Origin: Mobula hypostoma
Lineage: Eukaryota
DNA length: 64,000 nucleotides
Direction: 5' to 3'
Assembly: GCF_963921235.1 (NCBI RefSeq)
Contig: NC_086105.1
Coordinates: forward strand, 31,620,001-31,684,000
This document shows positions 50,542 through 63,970 of the stretch, one piece after another. Under the pieces are notes generated by a model. That model searched no databases, was not told the DNA's origin, and was given only the letters and a program-made list of their open reading frames with translations. Position numbers and translations under genes: made by a program. The number at the start of each line of letters is the position of its first letter. Position 1 is the first letter of the stretch.

Positions 50542-51563
50542 CTGGGGCTCCACAGGGGACTGTCTTGTCTCCCTTTCTCTTCACCATTTACACCTCGGAC
50601 TTCAACTACTGCACAGAGTCTTGTCATCTTCTGAAGTTTTCGGATGACTCTGCCATAGTTGCATGCATCAGCAAGGGAGATGAGATTGAGTACAGGGCTG
50701 CGGTAGGAAACTTTGTCACATGGTGTGAGCAGAATTATCTGCAGCTTAATGTGAAAAAGTCTAAGGAGCTGGTGGTAGACCTGAGGAGAGCTAAGGTACC
50801 GGTGACCCCTGTTTCCATCTGCGGGTCAGTGTGGACATGGTGGAGGATTACAAATACCTGGGGACACGAATTGACAATAAACTGGACTGGTTTAAGAACA
50901 CTGAGGCTGTCCCAAGAAGGGTCAGAGCCGTCTCTATTTCCTGAGGATACTGAGGTCCTTTAACATCTGCCGGACGATGCTGAGGATGTTCTACGAGTCT
51001 GTGGTGGCCAGTGCTATCATGTTTGCTGTTGTGTGCTGGGGCAGCAGGCTGAGGGTAGCAGACACCAACAGAATCAACAAACTCATTCGTATGGCCAGTG
51101 ATGTTGTGGGGATGGAACTGGACTCTCTCACGGTGGTGTCTGAAAAGAGGATGCTGTCTAAGTTGCATGCCATCTTGGTCAATGTTTCCCATCCACTACA
51201 TAATGTACTGGGTGGGCACAGGAGTACATTCAGCCAGAGACTCATTCCTCCGAGATGCAGCACAGAGCGTCATAGGAAGTCATTCCTGCCTGTGGCCATC
51301 AAACTTTACAACTCCTCCCTTGGAGAGTCAGACACCCTGAGCCAATAAGCTGGTCCTGGACTTATTTCATAATTTACTGGCATAATTTACATATTACTAT
51401 TTAACTATTTATTACTATTTTTCTATTACTATTTATTATTTCTGACTATTACTATTTACTAATAGTAATATTACTTTTACTATTTCTATTACTATTTATT
51501 ATTTATGGTGCAACTGTAACGAAAACCAATTTCCCCCGGGATCAATAAAGTATGACTATGACT
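50542..51563 (+). mobile_element. Rex1/Babar (L2-group) LINE, 5'-truncated
   Basis: RT motifs PQGTVLSPFLFTIYT...KFSDDSAIV; frameshifted; tatgactatgact tail. Confidence 0.85.
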
Positions 51564-52499
51564 CGGATCTTGCACATCCTACATTGAGAAATTTTAATGT
51601 TATTCCTGGTAACTTAAGATTTTATTTACTTTTTTCCCTATTTGTACCTATTCCAAGCCTACTTTCATGTTTATCTCAGGGCCGTATGTGCTGACATGTA
51701 TGTACTCTGATAATAAATTTTATTTTGAACTTTATCATCAATGTTTTTACTAGAGTCTTTCAGCCAGCTCCAACAGTTGATCACGCAGCTCTCCTGCCTT
51801 CTGTCCTATCACAGACAAAGGATCTGGCAAAGGATCTTTAACTAGAATGTTTAATCCTGTTTCTTTCAAGAGACAGTATTTTATATGAGCTGCTGAATGT
51901 TTCTAGCATTTTCTTTTACATTTTCACTTTCCAGTACCTGCAGGTTTTTAAATTCTGATTCAATTTATTATCTCAGCACTACTTTATCTCTCAGCTTTGA
52001 TTCTGAATTATTGATTTCAAACTCTAAAGTCAGAGTATTTTTTGTTTATTTCAGGTTTCCCCTATCTGCAGTATTGTGCTTTGGGCTCAGAAACACCATT
52101 AGAAATGAACAAGTGTAGGAGTGGCAGGTTGGTTACTTCTCTTCATGAAAGGACAAACTGTCGAAGTAGGAATGAGGTGCCAGCCAATTGACAGAATATT
52201 GGAGGTGAGGGAGGAGGTGAGCCTCTGAAGATCAGATTAAGTCTCAAAGGTTTTTAACTTGAAACTTTTAAAATCTATCATTGCAGATAATTTTTCCAGT
52301 GTTATTAACACATTGCCTACTTTGGCAATGGCTTTGAGAATGGGTAATGTTGCAGGGCCATGCCATTGCTTAAGACGTGAATGCATGAAGACTCAATCAG
52401 CACAATGTGTTGGCTCCTAACTTGCATTTAATAGTGGTGGGTTAGTACCGTCTACATGGGGAGAAGTGGGCGGCAGGGGAGACATGTAATGCCCGAAGA

Positions 52500-55235
52500 A
52501 ACAAGAGAAAATCTGCAGAAGCTGGAAATCCAAGCGACGCACACAAAATGCTGGAGGAAGTCGGCAGGCCAGGCAGCATCTAGGAAAAGAGTACAGTCAA
52601 CGTTTTGGGTCAAAACATTTCGGCAGGACTGAAGGAAAAAAAAAGCTGAGGGGTAGATTTAAAAGGTGGGGGAGAGGGGAGAGAGAAACACAAGATGAGA
52701 AGGGAAACCTGAAGGGGGAGGGATGAAGTAAAGAGCTGGGAAGTAAATTGGTGAAAGAGACAGAAGACCATGGAAGAAAGGAAAGGGAGGAGGAGCACCA
52801 GAGGGAGGAGATGGGCAGGCAAGGAGTTAAGGTGAGGGAGTGAAAAGGGGATGGGAAATGGTGAAGGTGGGGGTGGTGGGAGCATTACCGGAAGTTCAAG
52901 AACTCTAAGTTCATGCCATCAGGTGTGACGAAAGAGGGTGACAAAAGTACACATAGACTGAGATGTAAACTGTCCTGTGCTAGCACCAGTGGGATCAACA
53001 GTTGATCTGCCACCTGTCTTCAGGAGAGAGAGATAAGTAAGACAATGGAGCAGCATTTGGAAATGTTAATGAAGAGACGAGAGAGTTTAACGGAAGGAGA
53101 CACTGGTCTGAGTATTGTCAAGACTGGCTCTTTTTGAACCCTGAACTGTTTGAAGTGTGATGGACAGGCGATACCCCAGCAGGGGGATAAAAAGGGGCAG
53201 GTTCGCTAAGACACCACACACGACACCACGAGGTAATGAGACCCTGGAAGCGGTGCGCTCCCACAAGTCGGTGGGAGTTTTGGAGGTCTGGTCGCGGGAC
53301 CAGCCATAGACGCACAGGGTGGAAAGATACGGTCGACGGGAACCTGGTGTGTGTCCGCCCTTGCCTGGGTGCTGGGTTCACCGCTGAAGAACGATCGTGT
53401 CTGGAACGGAGGGGTCACAGTCGGTGACCTCAGAAGACATCACAAAGGGCTCACCTGAAAGCTAACTGCGAGGAATATCGAAGGTCTGTTTGGAATCTGA
53501 TTTGCATATTCATTCGTTCTCTCTCTCTCTCCCCAACGGCACGACGGCGATTACTGCGAACTGAACTAAATTGAACTCTGTCACTTGTGATTGATCATCT
53601 TACCCCTAGACTGCGATAGAGCTTGATTGACCCTATTATCCTAGTTCTGTGTACATGTGTGTTTATTCACTGCTAACCTGTTGCATTTATATCCTTACTA
53701 TTAGAGTACTGTGTTGCTTATTTCTTTAATAAAACTTTCTTCGTTCCAGTAATCCAGACTCCAACTGAGTGGTCCATTTCTGCTGGTTTGGCAACCCAGT
53801 TACGGGGTACGTAACACAGGTTGGAGGCTACCCAAGCTGAATATAAGGTGTCGCTCCTCCAACCTAAGTATGGCCTCATCATGACAGTGGAGATGGCCAT
53901 GGATAGACATCGGAATGGGAATGGCAAGTGGAAGTAAAATGGGTGGACATTGGGAGATCTCGCTTGTTCTGGCAGACGGAGCATAGATGCTCGGCGAAGT
54001 GGTCTCCCAATCTATGTCAGGTCTCACCAATATACAGGAGGCCACACCAGGAGCAATGAACACAGTAAATGACCCCTACAGACTCACAGATGAAGTGTTG
54101 CCTCACCTGGAAGGACTTTTAGGGCCCTGGATGGTAGTGAGGGAGGAGGTCCAGGGGCAGGTGTAGCTCTTGTTCTGCTTGCAAGAATAAGTACCAGGAG
54201 GGAGATCAGTGGGGAGGGATGAATGGACAAGGAAGTCGTGTAGGGAATGATCACTGCAGAAAGTGGGTGGAGGGAAAGATGTGCTTAGTGGTGGGATCCT
54301 GCTGGAGATGGCGGAAGTTTCGGAGAATTATCTGCTGGATGAGGAGATTGGTGAGGTGGCAGTTGACGACAAGAGGAACCCTATCCCTGGTGGGGTGGTG
54401 GGAGGATGGGGTAAGGGCCGACGAGTGTAAAATGGAAGAGATTCAGTTGAGGGCAGTATTGACGGTAGAGGAAGAAAAGCTCCTTTCTTTGAAAAAGGAG
54501 GAATCTCCTTTTGTTCTAGAATGAAAAGCCTCATCCTGAGAGCAGATGCTGCGGAGACAGAGGAATTGAGAGAAAGGGATGATGTTTTAACAAGTAACAG
54601 GGTGGGAAGAGATGTAGTCCAGGTAGATGTTCATGGATTTATATTAGACATCAGTGGATAAGCTGCCTGTGGAGATGGGGACAGTGAGATCGAGAAAGGG
54701 GAGGGAGGTGACGGAAATGGAGCAGTGAAATTTGAGGGCAGAATGGAAGTTGGAGGCAGAGTAGATGAAGTTGACGAGTTCAGCATAGGTGCAGGAAACC
54801 GCACCAATACAGTCGTCGATGTAGCGTAGGAAAAGTGTGGGATAGTCACCAGTGTGGGCTTGGAACATAGCCTGCTCGACGTAGCCACCAAACAGGCAGG
54901 CATAGCTGGGACCCATGCAGGTGCCCATGGCTACACCTTTTGTTTGAAGGAAGTGGGAGGAGCCAAAGAAGAAATTATTGAGAGCGAGGACAAGTTCCGC
55001 TAGATGGAGGAGAGTGGTGGTGGAGGGGAAGTGGTTGGGTCTGGTGTCCAGAGAAAAATGGAGAGCTTTGAGACCTTCCTGGTGGGGGATGGAGCTGTTT
55101 TGGGACTGGACATCCATAGTAAAAATAAGATGATGAGGGCCAAGGAACGTGAAATCATTGAAACGATCCAGAGTGTGTGAAGTGTCACAGATGTAAGTAG
55201 GAAGCAACTAAACTACGAGGGATAAAACAGAGTCA
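52500..55235 (-). mobile_element. Penelope-like element (RT + GIY-YIG remnants) interrupted by a solo LTR
   Basis: LIFTMDVQS...KGVAMGTCMGPSYACLF...LRYIDDCIG; GIY-YIG region 53820-54110; pLTR 52500-52920. Confidence 0.85.
52924..53816 (+). mobile_element. Solo LTR (893 bp)
   Basis: TGTGACG...CGTAACA termini; 4-bp TSD CAGG at 52920-52923 and 53817-53820; AATAAA at 53728; the empty site is visible in the Penelope copy at ~6445. Confidence 0.9.
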
Positions 55236-56709
55236 AGGTATGCAGATATGAGTTCAGTGGGCCTGAAACTTGGGGCACCACCCGATTTTCATGTGAAAGA
55301 GAAACATGGTTAAAATTTCAGATACCGAACCTTTCAAATAAATTACTGCTGCCTGATCTGAGTATTTTGAATATTGTTGCAGATAGAATCGGAGACACAG
55401 AATCAAGTTCATTATCATCGACGTGTGTCATGAAATCTGTTGTTTTGCAGCAGCAGTACAGTGCAATGCATAACAAAAAAGCTACAATAAGAAATATATA
55501 TATTAAAGTAGTGTAGAAAGAGAAAAATGGGAAACTGAAAATATTTTGGTTGTGTAATTAGTTGATCATGATTATTCAACTACCTCTCTCCATTCCTTGT
55601 GCTTTCTGTTCTCCCGTAACTTTTTTGTATTTTTATTACCCCTTTCATTTTGATTTTTCTGTCGCCTTTTGTCTTTCCTGCCATCAAAGGATGCAGGCAG
55701 CATTTTGGGGATGGGATTTGTGTACCGGAAGCTCTTTTAGTATTCTCCATCCAAACGTTTGTTTGACCACGCACTTCCTATGTTTCCATTCTGGCTTTGT
55801 CTCATCTGCTGTTGGAAAACTCTCATTGTGTCTTTGTTACCCTTAGAGTCAACTCTCCGGATGGCTGCTTCATTCTCTTTTCTGTAAACTTGACGTCATT
55901 CAAATCCCTGCGACCCATGTCCTAACTAGTAGTGGACTCAGCCAATTACATCCCTCCCCAACGTCGTTTGTATGTATGTGAGGCATTGCGTCAAGAAGGT
56001 AATATCTGTCATCAAAAATCTCTGCCATCTGGGCCATGCCATCTTCTGCCAGCCACCATCAGGCAGGAGGTATAGAAGCCTGAATTCCCACAGCATCGGG
56101 TTCAAGGACTGCTACTTTATTTCAACTTCTCAGTTCTTGAACCAACTGGTACAACCCCAGTCACTGCAGTTTAGCAACACTGTGACTACTTCGATCTCTT
56201 TGCAGTAAGTGGACTTCTTTAGTTCTAATTGTGTTCTTGTAAATGTCCTTCCTCATTTTAAAGAAATGTGTATAATTTTTGTTTTTTTTCTTGTGAAAGC
56301 TCCTTTATGATGTTATGTGCCTGTGATGATACTATAAGTCTGTCTTTGCACTCGTGCATACAACAATAAACTCTACTTTGCAGTGTGCTTTCTGACATAC
56401 ATTGACACCTGGTTAAGCAAGATTTTCCTTATTAATTTATATTTTTAAAATATATTTGGATATCTCTATTTATTAAGAAGAAATGTTTTATTTCTCAAAG
56501 ATATTTTATTTATTATAAATTCTTCCCAGAGTCACACCTCCCTTTCTCTGTAATCTGCTCCAAACCTGCACACTGCCAAGATATCTATTTCCCTCTGAGA
56601 CTAGTTTAATAAATATCTCATTGTATATTTGGTCCACTATTGCTCACCATACTTCTAACCATCATTCTGGAATTTTCCTGGAGTTGCACAGCTTCCTGCT
56701 GATTTATTT

Positions 56710-57606
56710 AGTCATAGTCATAGACATAGTCATAGTCATAGTCATAGTCATACTTTATTGATCCCGGGGGAAATTGGTTTTCGTTACAGTTGCACCATAA
56801 ATAATAAATAGTAGTAAAACCATAAATAGTTAAATAGTAATATGTAAATTATGCTAGTAATTCATGAAATAGGTCCAGGGCCAGCCTATTGGCTCAGGGT
56901 GTCAGACCCTCCAAGGGAGGAGTTGTAAAGTTTGATGGCCACAGGCAGGAATGACTTCCTATGACACTCTGTGTTGCATCTTGGTGGAATGAGTCTCTGG
57001 CTGAATGTACTCCTGTGCCCACCCAGTACATTATGTAGTGGATGGGAGACATTGTCCAAGATGGCATGCAACTTAGACAGCATCCTCTTTTCAGACACCA
57101 CCGTGAGAGAGTCCAGTTCCATCCCCACAACATCACAGGCCTTACGAATGAGTTTGTTGATTCTGTTGGTGTCTGCTACCCTCAGCCTGCTGCCCAGCAC
57201 ACAACAGCAACTTGGCTCCCTTTCTCTTCACCATTTACACCTCGGACTCCAACTACTGCACAGAGTCTTGTCATCTTCAGAAGTTTTCGAATGACTCTGC
57301 CATAGTTGGATGCATCAGCAAGGGAGGTGAGGCTGAGTACAGGGCTACGGTAGGAAACTTTGTCACATGGTGTGAGCAGAATTATCTGCAGCTTAATGTG
57401 AAAAAGACTAAGGAGCTGGTGGTAGACTTGAGGAGAGCTAAGGTACCGGTGACCCCTGTTTCCATCCAGGGGGTCAGTGTGGACATGGTGGAGGATTACA
57501 AATACCTGGGGATATGAATTGACAATAAACTGGACTGGTCAAAGAACACTGAGGCTGTCTACAAGAAGGGTCAGAGCCGTCTCTATTTCCTGAGGAGACT
57601 GAGGTC
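56710..57606. mobile_element. Rex1/Babar LINE with 5' inversion
   Basis: 56710-57210 is the 3' end on the minus strand with a (CTATGA)n tail; 57211-57606 is the upstream RT part on the plus strand. Confidence 0.85.
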
Positions 57607-57909
57607 TAATCCTAATTGTCTGCATTATGATTGCCTTCCCTCCATACTTCCCCTTTCTCTTCTAAGATAAATCTTAAAATTGATCTTTTAATCAATAATA
57701 AAAGCAGAAATAAACCTAGAGATGCTCAGCAGGCCAACAACATCTGGAGAAAGATACAATTAATGTTTCATGTCAGGGGCCCTCCATCAGAACTGGATAA
57801 CTAAACCTTTTGGTTGTTGGCTTAAAAAAATCAGTGATAATGAACCCTTATGATATTTTGCTTTACTACAGGTACTACATAAATGAAAAGTTGCTAATGT
57901 TTACTAATA

Positions 57910-58063
57910 CAGGTTGACCTTCACTAATCTGGCACCACTGGGACCTGAGGAGTGCCAGATTAGTGAAAATGCCGAATTACAGATGGATCACATGAAGCAT
58001 AATCAGTGCCGGATTATCGAAGGAACCGGATTACAGGTAGTCAGATTAGTGAAGGTCGAGCTG
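57910..58063. mobile_element. pogo/Tigger-like MITE (copy 2)
   Basis: TA-CAGGTTGACCTTCACTAATCTG...CAGATTAGTGAAGGTCGAGCTG-TA. Confidence 0.8.
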
Positions 58064-59640
58064 TAGTAAGTTTTTAATATGTCTTTATAATGTAATAGGC
58101 CATTTGATCCAGGTATTCTATGTTGGCTCACAACAATTGCATCCGAACAACTTTCCCTTGTAGCCTATACTTGCCACAGTCCCAGATTCTACCACCCACC
58201 AGGGTCATTTTAGAGTGGCCAGTTAGGCTACCAACCAGTAAGTATTTGAGATGTAGGAGAACACTGGTGCACCCAGGGGGAAAAGCATGTGATTATGGGA
58301 AGATTGTGCAAACTCCCTACAGACAACATCACAGAGGGCAGTTCCTGGAACTATGAAGCAGCAGTTCCAACAGCTGCATTACTGTGCATCTCAAAGTTAA
58401 CTGAAATCAAATTAAGCCATCTTCCTTTCTCTGTTCTTTTTTGTTGTGTTCTTTTTTTTTCTATTTTGCCCCCTCATTCTATTTAGTTTATTGTTTCATT
58501 TATGAGAATTTCAGCTGCAGGCTGTTTGTACCTACATTTTATCAACCTGACTGTTGAGCACATGAGGACACAGCAAATGTTCTGGGTAACAACAATTTGT
58601 TCTGGAATATTAGAACATTTTGAAAGTACAATCCAATTCATGTAATCACACTTCTGTTTTTAAAAAGTATAATTTCATCCCAAGCACTTAGTCTTGTAAT
58701 CACCAACTCATTGTAAAAAGGGCAATTGAATAAATAAATGTAATATGTGAAATATATACCTTTGATGCTATTTAACATTTATTTAGAATGTTTAAGTTAA
58801 AGCTGCCTGTTGCACAAGGGCATGCCAACTCTGCAAAGCAACTGTATAGCAATCAAGGTACTGTAACTCTTTGATATGAAAATGACTATTACAGTGCGAT
58901 CTGTAGAATGTTTGTTTTTCTCAGTGCAATATACTAAATAGATTAGTCAATCATTTGTGTGATTTTGCACATGGCCTCAGGTGCATAAATTACTTTTGGC
59001 CAGTAAACTGAATTTTGTACCACATCTAAGATATTGATCTTCAAGGACTCATTTCCTTAGTCCATCAAAGACTTTGCTGGTATATTGAAGGTGCTAATGA
59101 TAAAAGTCATCGGTGTCTGTCTTTGCTAAGAGATGGCTGCCGAGATAATGGAAACTGATCCACATTTACCGGAGCATTGCTGTGAACTTTGAATGTCGGG
59201 GGCCATTAGGGGAAGATTGGTAGACAGATCTTCATACTGCAATTGAGTGTAAGGCTTACTTTGTGTGCTGCAGTGATGTGACAGTGGTGTGGAACTCTGC
59301 CTCAAAACATGCACAGATGCAATTTCATTTTGTACACTGCTGCTCAACCACTGAGGTTTAGGTTACATTGTTTCTGGGAGTACTTGCAAGAGGTCGACCA
59401 GCTTCTCATTAGTTCCGAAGATTATTTCCACTCCTGCGAACTGATCAAAAGAACACCATAATTCAGAAACATACAATACTTTATTACATGTGCATTGGCA
59501 TCCATATAAATCTCCCCATTTCCTGTCTCAACAGCTTCACTGCCTCTACGTTGTCAAGCTGTAATATCAGAATAATTTGCAATTTTATCCATTTTGGAAT
59601 GACTTTTGTTCATTAAATTTCATTTAAAACTTCCTGTGCT

Positions 59641-59670
59641 TGCAATACCATTTACCTCTAGATGGCGCCA
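59641..59670 (+). promoter_or_regulatory. CTCF binding site with upstream motif
   Basis: TGCAATACC-5 nt-CCTCTAGATGGCGCCA. Confidence 0.7.
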
Positions 59671-60339
59671 CGATGGCCACTTTCACTGTGGTCCACAGGA
59701 ACCCAAAGATACAATAAGAAAACCTATAGTTCTGCAGTTGGTTCTATAAGACGGTTGCTTCAAGCATGGCACTTTCTAAATCATTACTTCAAGTGCCTGC
59801 CAAGAATGTATCAGAAGATCAGGAAACTAAAGGAATGGGGTGTTAGCTATCATTTAAAGAGAATTGGCACGAGATCTGGAATAAATGGGAGCTATTCCAC
59901 AAGAGCATAAGTAGAAGCAGGTGCAGGCCAATTGGTTCCTTGTGCCTTTTCTGTTGTTCAGCCAGAGTTGGCATGATAGCAGTACCAACTGCTATGCTGC
60001 CTCATAGCTCCAGAAACCCCAATGACTGATGGACTGAATATCCTCCACCAGTGTGCAACTAGCCCCTTTTCAATGGAGATTTTCAAGGGGATTAAGGGAA
60101 ATGAATCTATTCTTGAATGTAGTTTGGGACTGAGGGACCCCCCCCCCTCCTTTTGGCAGAAAATAATGAGAGGGATCTGATAGATTGGCAAACAGGGTAA
60201 AAGAGAAACTGAAATATTTACATTTTAAATAAGGAGAACATGGAAAATTATAGTAAACTGCTAGTAGAAATTAGATGAGAGTGACATAAACTACAAAAGA
60301 AAAAGGATTGTGTGCAAAATAAATGGAGAAGGAAAATAG

Positions 60340-60568
60340 CAACACACACCAAATTCTGGAGAAACTCAGCAGGTCAGGCAACATCTATGGAAAAGAGCAC
60401 AGTTGACATTTCAGGCTGAAGCCCTTAATCAGGACTGATTGCATGGTCTCAGCCCAAAACATTAATTATTTACTCTTTTCCATAGATGCTGCCTGGCCTG
60501 CTGAGTTCCTCCAGCAGTGTTGTGTGTGTGTTGCTTGGATTTCCAGCATCCACAGATTTTCTCTTGAA
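60340..60568. mobile_element. Short palindromic Penelope-derived insertion
   Basis: 15-bp TSD GGAGAAGGAAAATAG at 60325-60339 and 60569-60583; inverted arms. Confidence 0.8.
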
Positions 60569-61694
60569 GGAGAAGGAAAATAGTTGTAATCAAGCAAGCA
60601 AAAACATCCCCCTAGCTACAGTAACCAGAAAGCAAAATGAAGCCTGTGGAATGACAATTAATCCATCATATTTAAAAGCACTGTATCAATCTGTCCATGG
60701 ATTTCAAGGGTGAGAGTGGAGAAACGTGCATACCAGCTCCCTGTACTGGAGTGGCACAAGTGATAATATTGGTGATGGGCACAATAATTATAATGGAGAG
60801 GAATAATGTTTACAACAAAAATTCTCGAGTGGAGGCAATGGGTCACATCTCGCATACTGATATCTGTGGTGGTGTTTGAAACTCCCAATGCTTATTCAAT
60901 TAAATGTGAGGAATTTGAGACTTCTGCTTGTGTTTATAAAGTGTGGAGGTCCCAAATGTACTGACAAATTTGGAGCAGTAAATCTGTCAAGTTTGCTCGG
61001 TCACTGAGGTGGAACCCAGTCTTGCTGCTGCAGTTGTGCACGATGCCTCGCAGATCTTGAGCCAGTTTAGAGCTGGCGTGCCCCTCACCTTCACCACACT
61101 GTAAATTGGGAATTTAAAGAGAAAGGTGGGTTGAGTTTTAATTACTTTACGTTAGTTTAATGTTTTTATGTGTAGTTAATTTTACTTAAAGAAAATTTAC
61201 ACAGTTGCTACAAACTCCTTTCAAAGCAACATACACAAGCTCGGCAGGACAGGCAGCATCCATAGAAATGAACAAACAAGTGACATTTCAATCATTGATC
61301 CCTAACCATACTAACAGTTGGGTGCTATTTCCTGAATCGGCCCACATTCCCCTAAGCCCTGCTCCTCCACATACCTATCCGAGAGCTTCTTAAACAATAC
61401 TATTGTAACTGCTTCAACCACTTCTCCAGATACTCTACACCCTCCAAAAGTTGCCTCTCAGGTCCCTTTTAATTCTTTCTCCTCTTCCCCCTAAACCTAT
61501 GTCACCTAATTCTAGACTCCTTTAAACTGGGGATAAGTTTATTACCATCCACTATGAAGGTAAGCACACCAAACGTCCTTTTCACTTCCCTGATAACCTG
61601 TGTTATCACTTTCAGTTAGTCATGGATTTGCTTTTCAAGGTCTCTCAAAGTGTAAATCAACACTTTGACTTCCCAAAAGCATTACCTCACACTA

Positions 61695-61858
61695 CAAACG
61701 AGAAAATCTTCAGATGCTGGGAATCAGCAACACACTCAAAGTGCTGGAGGAACTCAGCAGCCCAGGCAGTGTCTATGGGAAAAACCCTTCCCGCTGAAAC
61801 GTCAGCTGTACTGTTTTCCGTAGGTGCTGCTGAGTTCCTCCAGCAGTTCGTGTGTGTG
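61695..61858. mobile_element. Short palindromic Penelope-derived insertion
   Basis: Inverted tgctggaggaactcagcagc / gctgctgagttcctccagca; imperfect TSD ttacctc(c)acact. Confidence 0.65.
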
Positions 61859-62689
61859 TTACCTCCCACACTCGTCTGGATTGAATGTCGATGGGCACTG
61901 TTCAGACTAACCTTCCAGCTGATCGATTTCCTAAGACTCCTTCCTCTGGCAGGTTTGTATACTGGCAAGGAGATTAAGGTATGAATAATAAAATAGATCG
62001 AAATAAAATTAAGATTTAAAAAAAAATTGAGCCATTGCTTCACTGTAAATCAAAAGCATGAAGGTGTGAATTAATTGGAAAAAAACTTTGGATGATGTCA
62101 CATTTGTAGAGTGGGTACCTATTGGGTAAATTAAAGTAGCATTTAAATTTGCTCTGCATTGATTTTCATTTCCCTGGTTTTACTTTTTCATTTCAGTCAC
62201 TGCAATCTATGTAGGTTGTTCTGCTTTTTTAAAAATTTTCTCCAAGCTACAAGTTTTTTCTTGCTTTGTTGTAACTAGTCAACTTAATCTAACCCTCATT
62301 CCAGACCTCCTTGCTAACTTCAAACAATAATGTTGTGCATTAATGTCACCAAATGCATGATTGAGAATCTTGCATTTACAAGTCACTCTGTACCAGTTCT
62401 GTCTCAGTATTTTGGATCTGGTCTGCTTGTGCTGGAGAAACAAGAAAAATAGTGGCACACAGGGAAGCTCCTGAAGATTTAAACTAGGATATTAACTGTA
62501 AGCAAAGGATGATTCCTCTTAAATTGCAGAATATTAATATTGTTGGACCTTAATCTAGAGTTGATGAAAGGAAAGCAATACATGTCCTTTCTTCACCTAT
62601 TTAACACACCCTATAAGATCTGGGGTTCTATTTTGCGTTGTTTTCTGTGGTTCTACATTTCCCCTTTCAGATCCTTTCTAAGGTGGGCT

Positions 62690-63412
62690 GCCTGCCTGAG
62701 CATGATCGAATCCTCCCACAACAACATGAAGCGGTACAATGGCAGCACCTTGGAGCCCTTTGATAGAAGCAGTGGCATTAAACAAGGATGTGTCCTCACC
62801 CCAGCGCTCTTTGGGATCTCCTTTGCCCTTCTGAGGCACACACTCGGCACTGCAACGTGGGTGATCCACCTCCACACTAGATCAGATAGCAGGCTTTTTA
62901 ACCTCATCCTGCCCAAGAGCCAAATCAAAGTGCACGAGGCTATGATCAGAGACATTCTGTTTGCTGACGACGCAGGAGTCACAGCCCACTCTGTGCAGCA
63001 CCTCCACAGTTTGTTGGGTTGCTTCTCCCAGGCCTGCAGGGATTTGGTCTGACCATCAGCCTGAAAAAGGCAGACACCTTGGAACAAGACATGGAGGCAC
63101 CACCGGTCGCTACCACTGATAACTTGGAACTGGATGTTGTTCATCAGTTCAGATACCTGGGGTCCATCACCAGTGACAACTTCTCCTTGGATGCAGATAT
63201 CAACAAGCCCATCAGGAAGGCTGCAACAACTCTTGCCTGCCTCACCACATGTGTCTGGGAGAGCTCCAAGCTCTCAGTCAAAACGAAGCTGACAGTTCAC
63301 AACGCTTGTGTCACCAACACACTGCTGTACAGCAGAGAGACCTGGACAACACATGCTAAGCCGGAGAGAAGGCTCAACACCTTCCATTTAAGATGCCTTC
63401 ATCAAATCTTTG

Positions 63413-63456
<44 letters not shown>

Positions 63457-63970
63457 ATCCAAAACACGAGAACACCCAGTACTGTGGTTCACTTGCGTGT
63501 CATGTTCTGGCCTCCCTAGTGTGTACACCCTACTCGGACAGCGTAGGCTGCGCTGACTGGGCCGTGTCTGCTGCATGCGGGGTGGCTACATCCCAAAAGG
63601 TATCCCCTACGGCGAGCTGGCCTCAGCAAAGAGAAACGCTGGCCTGTGCTACTAGGATGTCTGTTATCAGGACATGAAGGCACTGGACATCAACATTGAG
63701 TCCTGGGAGGAACTTGCAGCTGACCACACTGGATGGAGAAGCACCCTGAAACAACCCCTTAAGTCAGGTGAGGAACAATTCCTGAAAGTGGCAGAAGACA
63801 GACGAGGATCGCTGTATCTCCTACGCAGCTGAGGCCACTTATGGATGTGACCTTTGCAATAGAGACAACCACTTTCACATTCGTCTCATCAGCCACAGAC
63901 AGTGCAAATGGATCTAACAATGCAGATGGATAGGATGCAACGTCCATGGTCTACCTTGATCAATGGAAGG
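62690..63970 (+). mobile_element. RTE (BovB-like) LINE, degenerate, containing a (TG)n tract at ~63410-63456
   Basis: GIKQGCVLTPALFGI, RDILFADD, FRYLGS, ETWTT...RLNTFHLRCL. Confidence 0.85.
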
